The notes: generated from the sequence alone by a model not told the origin. 64,000 nt of DNA from Nitrososphaeria archaeon (GCA_963752255.1 CAVVXT010000010.1:64001-128000), one strand, 5' to 3'. Positions 1 to 10,260 are shown, numbered from the stretch's first letter. Numbers and translations: made by a program.

Positions 1-786
1 AAGGTTGCTTTGAAAGTTGTTCCTCTACCGGAAAGCTACTCTACAGCATTCTTCATTTACGAATCAGTTGACGCCCTAGCGCGCGCAGCCCTGAGAATTA
101 GGAGAGCGGGCATGGTTCCGGAAATGCTTGAATTTATGAGCAGGGCGACGACAAAAGTCACCTTCAACTACGTAGGCATAAAGAGCGTGCCAGACGGAAA
201 CTTTATGCTGCTGGACTTTGGTGGTGTTCGGGAAGCTGTAGGAGTGCTGTTAGAGAAGGGGGTGACGCTCTGCAGACAAGAGTCTCCTACCTATTTTGAA
301 ACAACAGTAGATCCAGTCTACAGACAGAGTCTTGTGAACGCTAGGAAGGCGGCCTTCCCTGCGCTCGCTAGACTTAAGCCCACTACGGTTATGGAGGACT
401 GTACCGTCCCCCCTTCGAGGCTTCCGGAGGCGGCTTCAAGCATCGAAAAGATACCGGAAAAGATAGGTGTCGCTGGATTTGATTTAGGCAATTTTGGTCA
501 TATAGGAGACGGTAACATGCATCCAACATTTCTATTTGACTCAAGAATAGAGGAGCACCGAAAAGCTTTCCTTCGCGCCTTAGACATACTCTACGAGGAA
601 ATAGTTTTACCTGTAGGTGGAAGTGTAACAGGGGAGCACGGGATAGGCCTTATAAGGGCCAAATATGTTGGCATCGAACATCCATCAACCGTGTCCCTAA
701 TGAGAGAATTGAAACGGTTCTTTGACCCAAATCTTATACTTAATCCGGGAAAGGGGAAGGGAGGCCCCTACCCTATAGACGCATGA
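1..786 (+). CDS. glcD: FAD-linked oxidase, GlcD / D-lactate-glycolate dehydrogenase family (5'-truncated by window edge)
   Basis: C-terminal FAD-oxidase motifs GHIGDGNMH, TGEHGIG and FDPNLILNPGK; followed by glcF-like gene. Confidence 0.8.
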   Translation, partial: KVALKVVPLPESYSTAFFIYESVDALARAALRIRRAGMVPEMLEFMSRATTKVTFNYVGIKSVPDGNFMLLDFGGVREAVGVLLEKGVTLCRQESPTYFETTVDPVYRQSLVNARKAAFPALARLKPTTVMEDCTVPPSRLPEAASSIEKIPEKIGVAGFDLGNFGHIGDGNMHPTFLFDSRIEEHRKAFLRALDILYEEIVLPVGGSVTGEHGIGLIRAKYVGIEHPSTVSLMRELKRFFDPNLILNPGKGKGGPYPIDA

Positions 787-798
787 GATGATGACTAA

Positions 799-1959
799 AT
801 GAACGAAAAACCGTATGTTCTGGAGGACTATCGCGAAGACGTCCAAATGTGCATGTGCTGCGGCTTGTGCCGGAACCTGTGTTCAACTTCTGACCCAACT
901 GACTGGGAAAGCAACAGTCCTAGAGGAAGAATCCAGATTATAAAAGCCCTATTAGATGGGGAAATCCAGGCAAATTCATATATCGCCGACCGAATCTATG
1001 CCTGTGCGCTTTGTGGATACTGTCTTTGGCGATGCCCTTCGGGTGTGAGAACAACAGATGCTATAAAGGCGGCCAGGGCGGCTCTGATTGAAAACGGAAG
1101 TTACCCGAAAGGTTTGGATAAGTTAGAAGCTGACCTGGTTAAAGACCATAACCCCTTTGGGCTATCAGATCTCTCAAGAGCTGACTGGGTCAAGGTCATA
1201 GGCGCCCAGAATTTGGTCCCATTGAAAGACCAGGCGGAATATATCTACTTTCCAGGCTGTAGTACAGCGATGACAAAAACAGGGATGAAGGTAGCGGCAG
1301 CGACAACGTCAATATTGAATTCAGCGCATCTTGACTGGACGATCCTCGGAAGTGAAGAATGGTGCTGTGGAAGCCCCTTGATTCTTTCTGGTAAAGTTTC
1401 TTTTGCCAGAGACTTTGCAGATCACAATGTGAAAGCAGTTAGAAATGCGAAGGCAACAACTCTGGTTACAAACTGCGCGAAATGCTATCGTACGCTAAGC
1501 CAAGAATATCCAAGACTTGTAGGAGACTTAGGGTTCAAGGTCGTCCACATCTCACAACTCTTAGACAACCTCATCGCTGATGGAAGTCTAAAGCTCAAGG
1601 GAAAACTCCAATTAAAGGTAGCTTACCATGATCCCTGTGAACTTGGAAGGCACATGAAAATTTATGACCCACCGAGGCGCGTATTGAAGGCAATAGATGG
1701 TATAGAACTAAAAGAGTTCCCAAGAAATAGAAATACATCTGCATGCTGTGGAGGCGGAGGCGTTCTAAGATACACTAACCCTGAAATTGCCCTGAAATTG
1801 GGGATCAAAAGATTAAGCGAAATTATGAATTCGGGAGTTGAAGCGATTGTTTCAGCCTGTCCCACATGCGAAATCAACCTTTCCGATGCAGTGGCTAAAG
1901 CCCAACCTGAACTTAGGGTACTTGACATAACTGAAGTTGTAGCAGATGCTCTAAATTAA
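799..1959 (+). CDS. glcF: Fe-S oxidoreductase, GlcF/HdrD family (2x4Fe-4S plus two CCG domains)
   Basis: CxxCGxCxxxC twice, SPRGR, WCCG, YHDPC, CCGGGG, SACPTC. Confidence 0.8.
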   Translation: MNEKPYVLEDYREDVQMCMCCGLCRNLCSTSDPTDWESNSPRGRIQIIKALLDGEIQANSYIADRIYACALCGYCLWRCPSGVRTTDAIKAARAALIENGSYPKGLDKLEADLVKDHNPFGLSDLSRADWVKVIGAQNLVPLKDQAEYIYFPGCSTAMTKTGMKVAAATTSILNSAHLDWTILGSEEWCCGSPLILSGKVSFARDFADHNVKAVRNAKATTLVTNCAKCYRTLSQEYPRLVGDLGFKVVHISQLLDNLIADGSLKLKGKLQLKVAYHDPCELGRHMKIYDPPRRVLKAIDGIELKEFPRNRNTSACCGGGGVLRYTNPEIALKLGIKRLSEIMNSGVEAIVSACPTCEINLSDAVAKAQPELRVLDITEVVADALN

Positions 1960-2095
1960 AGGGAATATGGAACTAACATAACGTATATTTCTTATACATT
2001 ACGTCATTTTACATGCTAATTGCCAACAGGAAGTCTTTGGCACTTTTCAGTCTAGATGGTCCGTTTAGTGATTAACTTTAAAATGTAGATGGCCG

Positions 2096-2773
2096 TCAAT
2101 TCTTTTCTAAGGCATTCCCATCTTCAACTGATACCTTAAGAAATTCGTTCAGCCTCCCATCTGCTTCGCTGATAAAAGACTTTAGCATATCACATGAGAC
2201 AATAGGAACACCGTTAAAGTACTTCTGGCTGGAGGGAAATAGCGTTACAATAACTGGAACTAGCACTGTTCCCTTCTTCAAATTTTTATCAAAAGACAAG
2301 ATAATCTTTGCCCTCGCTATTTGCTTAATCACAGCCGAATTCAGATTAGACGGGCTAAGAATTTTATGCCACTGTTTGCAATCGATAAGAAGTCCATATG
2401 AATTTCTTAATGCCAGAATATCGACCTCAATTCGCGGTCTCTTAAGCCTGTAGTTCTTAAAAGTCTTATACCCAAACTCGGAAAAAATCATTTCGACGAA
2501 GTTCTCAAAATCCTGCCATCTAATAATGTTGAACACCTCATTGAAAGATGCACCGTCCTTTATCGCCTGAATAGCTAGGGAGATGATCGCTCCTTCCTTA
2601 ACCACAACATTCTCCTTCTTATTTTCTAAGAACCCTTGTTCAATAAGTATACCCATGACTTCAAACACTGTCTGGTACGGCACACCAGTCTCCTTCGAAA
2701 TATCTTCTATGGAAAAAGATTCTTTTCTTAAATAAGGTAGCATCTTCAGAAGAGTCTTGGAATTCATGCACAA
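2096..2773 (-). CDS. wHTH fused to Mrr-like PD-(D/E)xK restriction-endonuclease domain
   Basis: N-terminal HTH-like segment; WQDFE..., EVDILA...IDCKQW nuclease motif. Confidence 0.7.
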   Translation of the reverse strand: MCMNSKTLLKMLPYLRKESFSIEDISKETGVPYQTVFEVMGILIEQGFLENKKENVVVKEGAIISLAIQAIKDGASFNEVFNIIRWQDFENFVEMIFSEFGYKTFKNYRLKRPRIEVDILALRNSYGLLIDCKQWHKILSPSNLNSAVIKQIARAKIILSFDKNLKKGTVLVPVIVTLFPSSQKYFNGVPIVSCDMLKSFISEADGRLNEFLKVSVEDGNALEKN

Positions 2774-2844
2774 GCTAGTAACTTCCGATCTGTTTTAATA
2801 TATTTCTTTAGTTTTTGAATGTTGCATCAAATATTGCTTTATAA

Positions 2845-2985
2845 TCAACCTACTCTGTTAAACAGCAGGGTAACAAGTAAAAGCACAAGAATTATTACTA
2901 TCGCCATCGGTAATAGTGCTCTGAATAACGCTACAGTTAAGGCTATGTAATCCTTGTAATCAGCTTTTACACTTTCAGCCAACAT
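2845..2985 (-). CDS. small single-TM membrane protein (46 aa), last gene of the opp operon; absent from ORF track
   Basis: ATG at 2985 overlapping the oppF 3' end; MLAESVKADYKDYIALTVALFRALLPMAIVIILVLLLVTLLFNRVG*. Confidence 0.65.
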   Translation of the reverse strand: MLAESVKADYKDYIALTVALFRALLPMAIVIILVLLLVTLLFNRVG

Positions 2986-3926
2986 CTAACCACATGACCG
3001 TTGCCTAGATCTGTATCAGGGGGCATCTTTTCCCTACATATGTCCATGACGTAGAGGCATCTATCTTGGAAGGGACAAGCCTTTACCGGCTCAATTGGGT
3101 TCGGAGGTTCGCCCTTAAGAATTATCTTTTCTCTCTTCAAGGAGGGATCCGGTATTGGAACCGCAGACATTAAAGCTGTAGTGTACGGGTGTTGCGAGTT
3201 ATCGAATAGTTCTTTTGTTGGGGCTCTTTCAACCCAAACACCGCGATACATCACGGTTGTACGATTACTTATGTACTTTATTATGGCCAAATTGTGTGTG
3301 ATCAAAAGGTATGAGTACCTATACTTTTGTTGAAGCTCCTTTAGAAGGCCAAGAACCTGAGCTTGAACGGAAACGTCGAGAGAGGCAGTCGGCTCATCCA
3401 ACACAATAAATTTGGGGTCAACACTCAGTGCACGAGCGATTACAACCCTTTGTCTCTGACCTCCAGAAAGTTCATGAGGATACCTGTAGAGGTGTTCTTC
3501 GCTCATACCGACCCTCTCCATCAGCTTTATGGCGTATTCATATTCGGATCCTTTGCTGATTTGGTGTACCTTCATAACTTCCAGTAGCATATTTTTAACC
3601 GTCATCCTAGGATTCATTGAGGCATAAGGGTCCTGAAACACCATCTGAACTTTCTTTCTATAGTCTTTCAATAAGGCTCCTTTTGCCTTAGCTACGTCTT
3701 CTCCTTCAAAGATTATTTTACCCGAAGTTGCATCATTTAGTTTAACAATTATCCTTCCGACCGTTGTCTTACCACTCCCCGATTCGCCTACAAGCCCATA
3801 GGTTTCACCTTCATTTATATCGAAGGACACATCGTTAACCGCATACACATATCCTATGGTTCTCTGTAGTATGCCACCTAAAATGGGGAAGTGTTTTACA
3901 AGGCCTTCCACTTTCATTATTTCCAT
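2967..3926 (-). CDS. oppF: oligopeptide/dipeptide ABC transporter ATPase
   Basis: GESGSGKT, LSGGQRQR, DEPT, C-terminal HPYT and Cys cluster. Confidence 0.92.
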   Translation of the reverse strand: MEIMKVEGLVKHFPILGGILQRTIGYVYAVNDVSFDINEGETYGLVGESGSGKTTVGRIIVKLNDATSGKIIFEGEDVAKAKGALLKDYRKKVQMVFQDPYASMNPRMTVKNMLLEVMKVHQISKGSEYEYAIKLMERVGMSEEHLYRYPHELSGGQRQRVVIARALSVDPKFIVLDEPTASLDVSVQAQVLGLLKELQQKYRYSYLLITHNLAIIKYISNRTTVMYRGVWVERAPTKELFDNSQHPYTTALMSAVPIPDPSLKREKIILKGEPPNPIEPVKACPFQDRCLYVMDICREKMPPDTDLGNGHVVRCWLKV

Positions 3927-3932
3927 CGTTTA

Positions 3933-4913
3933 TCACCTGATATAAAGGTAACATGCTGTGCTAACTTCATCTTCTGTGTAGTACGGTGGCAATTTTGTTT
4001 TACAGACGTCCATAGCGTAAGGGCACCTTAAGTTAAATGGGCATCCTGTCGGTGGGTTGACAAGGTCAGGCACTGTCCCCGGTATTCCTTCGGGTATGAC
4101 TTCCCTATCGGTTCTTGGGAGCGCTTTAATTAGACCCTTCGTGTAAGGATGTTTTGGATCTAAAAGCACTTTTCCGACAGGACCGATTTCGATCACCCTC
4201 CCCGCATACATTATTGCAACTTTTTGACAGTTTTCAGCTATAACACCCAAGTCGTGGGTTATAAGCAGGACAGATAGGCCTTTTTCCCTTTGCAGTTCCT
4301 TCATAATCTCGAGAACCTGTGCTTGAATAGTGACATCAAGCGCAGTAGTGGCTTCGTCAGCTATTATGAGTTCAGGTCCCATCGAATAAGCCATCGCAAG
4401 TAAAACTCTTTGTTTCATTCCACCACTTAACTCGTGGGGAAACATCTTCATAACTCTGTCAGGGGAAGGCATTTTTACTCTGCGTAACATGTTGATCGCC
4501 TTATCTCTGGCTATCCTTTCTTTTTCTTTACTATCTTTTGCAGCAAGAACATCTGGGTCTTGGTGCTTGAGCACATCTAGAAACTGAGTTTCTATCTTAA
4601 ACACAGGATTCAGATACGTATGAGGATCTTGGAATATTGTAGCTATCTTCCTGCCTCTAACCTTCTGCATTTCCTCTTCCGTAAGGTCGAGCAAATTTAC
4701 TCCATCAAAGACTATCTTACCCGAAACAATATTTGCATTAGAGGGCAGTAGCCTTTGTATGGAAAAAGCCGTTACCGACTTTCCACTTCCGGTCTCACCC
4801 GCAAGTCCGAGGACTTCACCTTTATCGATATTAAATGTAACACCATTTAAAGCGTGCACAGTTCCTCTGTAAGTATGAAATTCAACTATAAGATCCTGTA
4901 CATCGAGTAACAT
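3933..4913 (-). CDS. oppD: oligopeptide/dipeptide ABC transporter ATPase
   Basis: GETGSGKS, LSGGMKQR, ADEAT, HPYT. Confidence 0.92.
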   Translation of the reverse strand: MLLDVQDLIVEFHTYRGTVHALNGVTFNIDKGEVLGLAGETGSGKSVTAFSIQRLLPSNANIVSGKIVFDGVNLLDLTEEEMQKVRGRKIATIFQDPHTYLNPVFKIETQFLDVLKHQDPDVLAAKDSKEKERIARDKAINMLRRVKMPSPDRVMKMFPHELSGGMKQRVLLAMAYSMGPELIIADEATTALDVTIQAQVLEIMKELQREKGLSVLLITHDLGVIAENCQKVAIMYAGRVIEIGPVGKVLLDPKHPYTKGLIKALPRTDREVIPEGIPGTVPDLVNPPTGCPFNLRCPYAMDVCKTKLPPYYTEDEVSTACYLYIR

Positions 4914-4917
4914 AAAA

Positions 4918-5787
4918 TTACCTCCTCAACCTCGGGTCTAGAATGTCCCTAAGTCCATCTCCAACCAAGTTGAAGCCAAGACACGCAAAGAGAATTGCCA
5001 TTCCTGGAAAGAATATTATCCAAGGTGCTTCCGTCATATATCTTGCCCCTGCTGATGCAAGTGACCCCCATTCTGGAGTAAAGGGCCCGGGGCCGAGGCC
5101 GATAAAGCTCAAAGCGGCTGCAGTTAAGATGACGTTACCGAGGTCCATTGTTAGGATTATGAACATCGGATAAATCGCGTTCGGCAATATGTGATTAAAC
5201 ATTATTCTCCGATTAGAGACGTTAAGTATTTTTGCGGCAGACACATATGGCCTTTCTCTTTCAGAAACGAACTGTCCCCGTATTATCCTAGAATAGCTTG
5301 ACCACCAAACAACTATAAGAGCCAACATTAGGTTAGTAAACGTCCTTCCTAAGACAGCTGATACTGCCATAGCGAGAATGAGTACTGGAAATGCCAGGAA
5401 TATGTCTGTGACTCTCATGATGAATTCGTCTATGGCACCTCCAAAGTAGCCGGATATCGACCCTATAGCAATGCCAATAACAAATGACACTCCAATAACT
5501 GCGAAGGCTATTGTCAGGTCATATCTGGCCGCAAGTATGACCATAGTGTATACATCTCTTCCGTTGTCATCAGTCCCAAAGAGATACCGCCACGAGGGAG
5601 GCTTAAGCGCGTTGTTATAATCAATACTATTTGCGACATTTGGATCGACAATAAAGTTGCCGAATATGGCTAGAAAGATGAAGAATATGACTATAATGAA
5701 TCCGGAGAGAACAAGTTTATTCCTCTTTATTAGTGATAGGGCATATTTAAGATCCATTAGGAACAAACTTGTTTGTTTACTATGCAC
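4918..5787 (-). CDS. oppC: oligopeptide ABC transporter permease
   Basis: LFGTDDNGRD, HILPN, PEWG, GDGLRDILDPR. Confidence 0.92.
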   Translation of the reverse strand: MHSKQTSLFLMDLKYALSLIKRNKLVLSGFIIVIFFIFLAIFGNFIVDPNVANSIDYNNALKPPSWRYLFGTDDNGRDVYTMVILAARYDLTIAFAVIGVSFVIGIAIGSISGYFGGAIDEFIMRVTDIFLAFPVLILAMAVSAVLGRTFTNLMLALIVVWWSSYSRIIRGQFVSERERPYVSAAKILNVSNRRIMFNHILPNAIYPMFIILTMDLGNVILTAAALSFIGLGPGPFTPEWGSLASAGARYMTEAPWIIFFPGMAILFACLGFNLVGDGLRDILDPRLRR

Positions 5788-5797
5788 AACATTCCCC

Positions 5798-6829
5798 TCA
5801 GTACTTTATCCTAGGATCGAGCTCCGCATATAGTATGTCGACCACAAGGTTTACTATAACGTAGACGAAGGCTGCTATGACAACAAATGCTAGTATTGTA
5901 TAAGAGTCATCCGAAGTTACAGCTAAAACCGTCAACTGCCCCATTCCTGGAAAGGCGAATATCGTTTCAGTAATTATGGCTCCACCCAAAAGGCCACCAA
6001 ACATAAGACCACTTATCGTCGTTACAGGAATCAACGCGTTCTTTAGAGCGTACCTATATATTACGACCCTTTCAGATAAGCCGAAAGCTCTAGCCGTCGA
6101 TATGTAATCTTGTCTCATGACTTCTAGCATACTTGATCTTGCAACTCTGGTAATTACACCAATATTCAAAAATGCCAAAGTAATTGCCGGCAGAATCAGG
6201 TGTATAAAGGAGTCGAAGGTAACTGGAAAGTCACCCTGAATCAGTGAATCAAAAATAAAAAGACCGGTTATCCTGTTGAAAGGGTGATTCAGGAGGACGA
6301 TAGGGTCAACCCTACCACTTGAGGGAAAACTTGGAAGGTTGGCGACCTTTGGTAAATATGAAAAACCATATTGCAGCATTAGGGCAAGCCAGAAAACTGG
6401 TATGGATATACCTACGAGCGCGAACACTCGTATTAAATGATCCGTCATCTTGTTGTTCTTGAGCGCGCTTAGTATTCCAAGTGGAATGCCCACCGCCATT
6501 ATTATTATGAATGACATGATAGAAAGTTCTACTGTCGCCGGGAACCTGTAGAAGAGAGCGTCTGTTATAGCCATGTGGGCCACCCTCGACCAACCCCAAT
6601 TAAGGGTTACAAGATCTTCTAAGTATATTAGATACTGAACATAGAACGGTTTGTCAAGCCCAAGACTCCTTTCTATTGCAGGTATGGCTTCTGGTCTAGT
6701 TCTCTCCGTTACATAAGCTCCAAGTGGATTTAATACAATTCTTGATAAATAGAATGTGAGAATTGTTATGCCTAACAAAACAAAAGTTAATAAAATTAGC
6801 CTTCTAAGTGCGTATTCATAAAGCTTCAT
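5798..6829 (-). CDS. oppB: oligopeptide ABC transporter permease
   Basis: GLDKPFYVQY, PATVEL, EAA loop, ETIFAFPGMG, LDPRI. Confidence 0.92.
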   Translation of the reverse strand: MKLYEYALRRLILLTFVLLGITILTFYLSRIVLNPLGAYVTERTRPEAIPAIERSLGLDKPFYVQYLIYLEDLVTLNWGWSRVAHMAITDALFYRFPATVELSIMSFIIIMAVGIPLGILSALKNNKMTDHLIRVFALVGISIPVFWLALMLQYGFSYLPKVANLPSFPSSGRVDPIVLLNHPFNRITGLFIFDSLIQGDFPVTFDSFIHLILPAITLAFLNIGVITRVARSSMLEVMRQDYISTARAFGLSERVVIYRYALKNALIPVTTISGLMFGGLLGGAIITETIFAFPGMGQLTVLAVTSDDSYTILAFVVIAAFVYVIVNLVVDILYAELDPRIKY

Positions 6830-6840
6830 TATAGGTCATT

Positions 6841-6860
6841 AAAAAAAGAAAGGGAAAGGG
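6841..6860 (-). terminator. oligo-pyrimidine/T-tract between oppA and oppB (probable intra-operon terminator)
   Basis: Minus strand reads CCCTTTCCCTTTCTTTTTTT just after the oppA stop. Confidence 0.5.
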
Positions 6861-6865
6861 TATTG

Positions 6866-8782
6866 TCACCCTTTTGATAGTTGTGCGAAATAGTATCCTG
6901 TAGTTGCAGTTGCAGCATTATATACGAAACCCTTTACCCATGTTCTCTGGACAGGATGCGCAAGACCTTGAAGAAGCCAACAGTAAACAGAGTCGTTGTT
7001 TATGGTATTGACGATCTGGTTTAGCATCACCTGTCTTTGTGCTGGGTCTGTCTGTCTTGACTGACTATTAATCAAATCAGTCAATTGTGTATTATTGTAG
7101 CCAGTTTCTAATGGAAATGCTCCGTAATTGGCGCCAAATGGAATGACGTAGTCATCTGCATCTATATAATCAGGTGCCCAACCGACTAGAAAGACTGGTA
7201 ATGCACGGTGTTGTGATTTAGCAAGGAATGATGGCCAGTCAAGTGGTACAACATCTATTGTTAGACCTACATGAAGTCCGTTTATCGCACTTGCCATAAG
7301 AAGTGCAGCCTTTTCTCTTACAACGTTGCCGCTATTGTAGTACATTACGATTGATTGTGTGTTATTTGGGCCGAAACCGTCATCTGGGCCAGCTGCCAGA
7401 AGCAGTGCCTTTGCCTTTGTTAAGTTGTATTCTTGTATGGGTATTGCCGGATTATATCCGGACATCCCTGCTGGAATTGGGCCGTTTGGTCGGACTGCAA
7501 AATTCTTCTCGATATCCGTGAGAAATGTATTTTCGTCAAATGCGTATACAAAAGCCTGTCTTACCCTAACATCTGAGAACGGTTGGAAGGTCAATAGTTT
7601 TCCTGTAACGTCGTCCTTTACCTTCTGGTTGAACATTATACCGTCGATGGTAAATGTGGCATATGGCCCCAAGACTTTGACCTTGTCCGCGATACTTGAC
7701 TTCACGACTATCGTTGAATTGGTTAACCACTGGTTTATGTCTATTATCTGATCTATGTAGGTGTTGTCTATAGCTGCGACGTCAGCGCTTCCACTTAGAA
7801 GGTCTAGAATTCTTGTGTTCTCATCGTCAATGCCTTTGATTATAACTGTCTTTAGTACCGGGTGAACTGTTCCATTTGGTCCACCCCAGTAATTGTCGTT
7901 TCTTATAAGTGTGACGACGAGAGGCTCCCATGACTGATATATGTAGGGGCCTGTTCCTGCGGGTGTTACATCCTTCGGGTGGTCCATCCAATCATTGTGT
8001 GCGCCTATCGTTATACCTCCATGAGCCTCAACATATGTAGGGGACACGATAGAACAAACCTGGAATGCCAGTACGAACACCCATGGCGCGTAAGGATAGT
8101 CCAAGTGGAATACGACCGTGTTATCGTTGGGTACTTCAATTGGCTTTGTATTCAACCATGCTGTCACCTGCGCCTGTGTGGCGTTGCCACCTTGTATTGT
8201 GGACATAATATCTGCAGTGCCTCTCAGTGGTCCTAACATCCAGGCAGGACCGTTTGGATCTGCTATGATTATTGCTCTTGTGATAGAGTAGTTGACGGCT
8301 TGTGCGTTGAAAGGTGTACCATCTTGGAACTTTATTCCTTGTCGAAGTGTAAAGGTGTAGGTCATACCATCAGGGGATACTGTGTAACTTTGAGCCAGCC
8401 ATGGCACTACTTTGCTCGAGACATTTGTAGAGGGATTATACCACATAAGGGTTTCAAAGCAGTTCATCACAACTTCTCCACCAGCAGTTTCGTAATCGAC
8501 AGCAGGGTCGAAATATTGTGGTTCACCAATTGTCTCTTCGATAAATGTATCTGGATTCTGAGGTTTGGTTGATGTCGTTGTAGATGAAGTTGGCGATGCT
8601 GTTGTTGTCTTTGTTGCAGTAGTTGTTGCAGTAGTTGTTGCAGTAGTTGTTGCAGTAGTTGTTGCAGTAGTTGTGATCGTTGTTGTAGATGGTCCAGGTA
8701 GACTTAGAACAGCTATTGCACCAACTACAACTATGAGGACAACAATCGCAATTGCAACTATTGTTCTTGAAATTCCTCTCAT
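6866..8782 (-). CDS. oppA: ABC transporter substrate-binding protein, family 5, with N-terminal anchor and Thr-rich linker
   Basis: N-terminal hydrophobic helix, T-rich linker, FTLRQGIKFQDGTPF, GTGPY, GWAPDY. Confidence 0.9.
   Translation of the reverse strand: MRGISRTIVAIAIVVLIVVVGAIAVLSLPGPSTTTITTTATTTATTTATTTATTTATKTTTASPTSSTTTSTKPQNPDTFIEETIGEPQYFDPAVDYETAGGEVVMNCFETLMWYNPSTNVSSKVVPWLAQSYTVSPDGMTYTFTLRQGIKFQDGTPFNAQAVNYSITRAIIIADPNGPAWMLGPLRGTADIMSTIQGGNATQAQVTAWLNTKPIEVPNDNTVVFHLDYPYAPWVFVLAFQVCSIVSPTYVEAHGGITIGAHNDWMDHPKDVTPAGTGPYIYQSWEPLVVTLIRNDNYWGGPNGTVHPVLKTVIIKGIDDENTRILDLLSGSADVAAIDNTYIDQIIDINQWLTNSTIVVKSSIADKVKVLGPYATFTIDGIMFNQKVKDDVTGKLLTFQPFSDVRVRQAFVYAFDENTFLTDIEKNFAVRPNGPIPAGMSGYNPAIPIQEYNLTKAKALLLAAGPDDGFGPNNTQSIVMYYNSGNVVREKAALLMASAINGLHVGLTIDVVPLDWPSFLAKSQHRALPVFLVGWAPDYIDADDYVIPFGANYGAFPLETGYNNTQLTDLINSQSRQTDPAQRQVMLNQIVNTINNDSVYCWLLQGLAHPVQRTWVKGFVYNAATATTGYYFAQLSKG
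8611..8670. repeat. 5 perfect tandem copies of 12-bp TTGTTGCAGTAG encoding the (TATT)n linker of OppA
   Basis: Units start at 8611, 8623, 8635, 8647 and 8659. Confidence 0.95.
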
Positions 8783-8815
8783 TTTTTACTCCTTATCTTT
8801 TGTATGCGAATGTTT

Positions 8816-8832
8816 ATTATATATAAACCTTA
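8816..8832 (-). promoter_or_regulatory. BRE/TATA promoter of the opp operon
   Basis: Minus strand AAGGTTTATATATAAT about 35-50 nt upstream of ATG; AAGGAG Shine-Dalgarno near 8789-8794. Confidence 0.55.
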
Positions 8833-9237
8833 CCCTACTTGTTCAGTTTTTTTACTTTTTTAGGATAAATGATGCTTCAAAATGAATTGATTTCGTATAT
8901 GTTGAATAAAATTTAATTACTGACATCATTTTTACAAATATTAATTAAAATCATGATATAGATATTGCAAAATATTTGAAATTAATAGAAATAGGTGCCC
9001 ACAAAGACGAATTACTTTCGTCATCTAGTTTATCATTCAACTGCATTCTTGGACGCTATGATTTAATTGGACTACCTCGAATTGTTAGCATTAAAATTGT
9101 CTTTTCTAAATAACATTTATTAGATTGACATAAAGAGGGACAAAGTATGTCTCAATCTTTTAAAGAGAGAGAGAATTTCTTCCCTTTTAGATTACATTAT
9201 CTTTTTTGTTTTACGATTAAAGGCGCTAGATAAAATA

Positions 9238-10260
9238 GTGAACATCATTATGGTTAACCTTTCAAAACCACATTCTAAAAAACTTATTATTTTGATCATA
9301 GTTAGTTGTATAATATTCATTTTAGTTATAGTACCATTTATTCCCGGCTCTGTAGGGAAGGTCTCTTTAAGTACGGTTCAAGAAAAACTCTATCCTGTCT
9401 ACACAAATAGTGGTTTCGAAGATTCGGTTGAAGAAACAGTGAACGGCTGGAACCTTTTAAACGGTTCAAAGCTGAGCAGGACGATTGTTTACGAAGGGGA
9501 CAATGCTATCAACATGACTCCTTCGAATCCCTCGATTATTCCTCAGATAATTTACGTAGGAAATAACGCGACGACAAGATACATTATTGGAGGAAACGTG
9601 ATAGCCTCCTTGGCTGTCAAGGCTTTAAATTCGCTCGATGGTTCAAACCCATCTTACTTGAATGTTGAATCGATAATCGTCTACAACGGACCAACAAACG
9701 TAACTACTTTCCTATTCAGCCTCGTATTATACAGGAATATGGCGAACGTAAGCGAGGGTGTGACATACAAAAATTACGGTATCATCGCATACAAAAATTT
9801 AGAAAATTCTGATGATTGGTTTGAATACTCCCTCCAAATGTCACAGATGACTGGTGCCTTTTCTGACTACCTTAGCAGATGGAAAGGTATAGACGCTAAA
9901 CCAACCGATAAATACGAGATGCTAGGCCTAAGCGTTTGGTGCGATAATCTTGTAGCCTATGTCGACGACGCATCAATTTACTTGATCGAACCGGAATGGA
10001 TAATTGCCACAATGAAATCTAACTCCATTATACCCATGAACGTGTTCTTGTCCGACGTCAAAATAAACGGGAGCACACCTACACAATTTTACACAAAGCC
10101 TAACCTTGTGACACCCTTTTCGACATTTGACCTCTACACCTTTGTTCCGTATACACCTATGAATGGTTCCGTAAACATTGTAACAGTTCGATTTGGAACA
10201 GGGCAAACAATTCAATTCCAGTTCAAAGAGGAGACTAGAAGAGTATGGTTAATTCTGTAA
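9238..10260 (+). CDS. membrane-anchored extracellular beta-rich protein with possible carbohydrate-binding jelly-roll domain
   Basis: N-terminal TM; NSGFE...GW...YEG and YVDD motifs typical of CBM4/9-like folds; many NxS/T sequons. Confidence 0.55.
   Translation: MNIIMVNLSKPHSKKLIILIIVSCIIFILVIVPFIPGSVGKVSLSTVQEKLYPVYTNSGFEDSVEETVNGWNLLNGSKLSRTIVYEGDNAINMTPSNPSIIPQIIYVGNNATTRYIIGGNVIASLAVKALNSLDGSNPSYLNVESIIVYNGPTNVTTFLFSLVLYRNMANVSEGVTYKNYGIIAYKNLENSDDWFEYSLQMSQMTGAFSDYLSRWKGIDAKPTDKYEMLGLSVWCDNLVAYVDDASIYLIEPEWIIATMKSNSIIPMNVFLSDVKINGSTPTQFYTKPNLVTPFSTFDLYTFVPYTPMNGSVNIVTVRFGTGQTIQFQFKEETRRVWLIL

Noticed and set aside
8611-8670. Tandem repeats as a possible CRISPR array
   Set aside because: 12-bp units with no spacers, in frame inside a CDS; no cas genes in the window
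8565-8885. Val-rich 106-aa ORF on the + strand
   Set aside because: Antisense shadow of the OppA Thr-rich linker repeat
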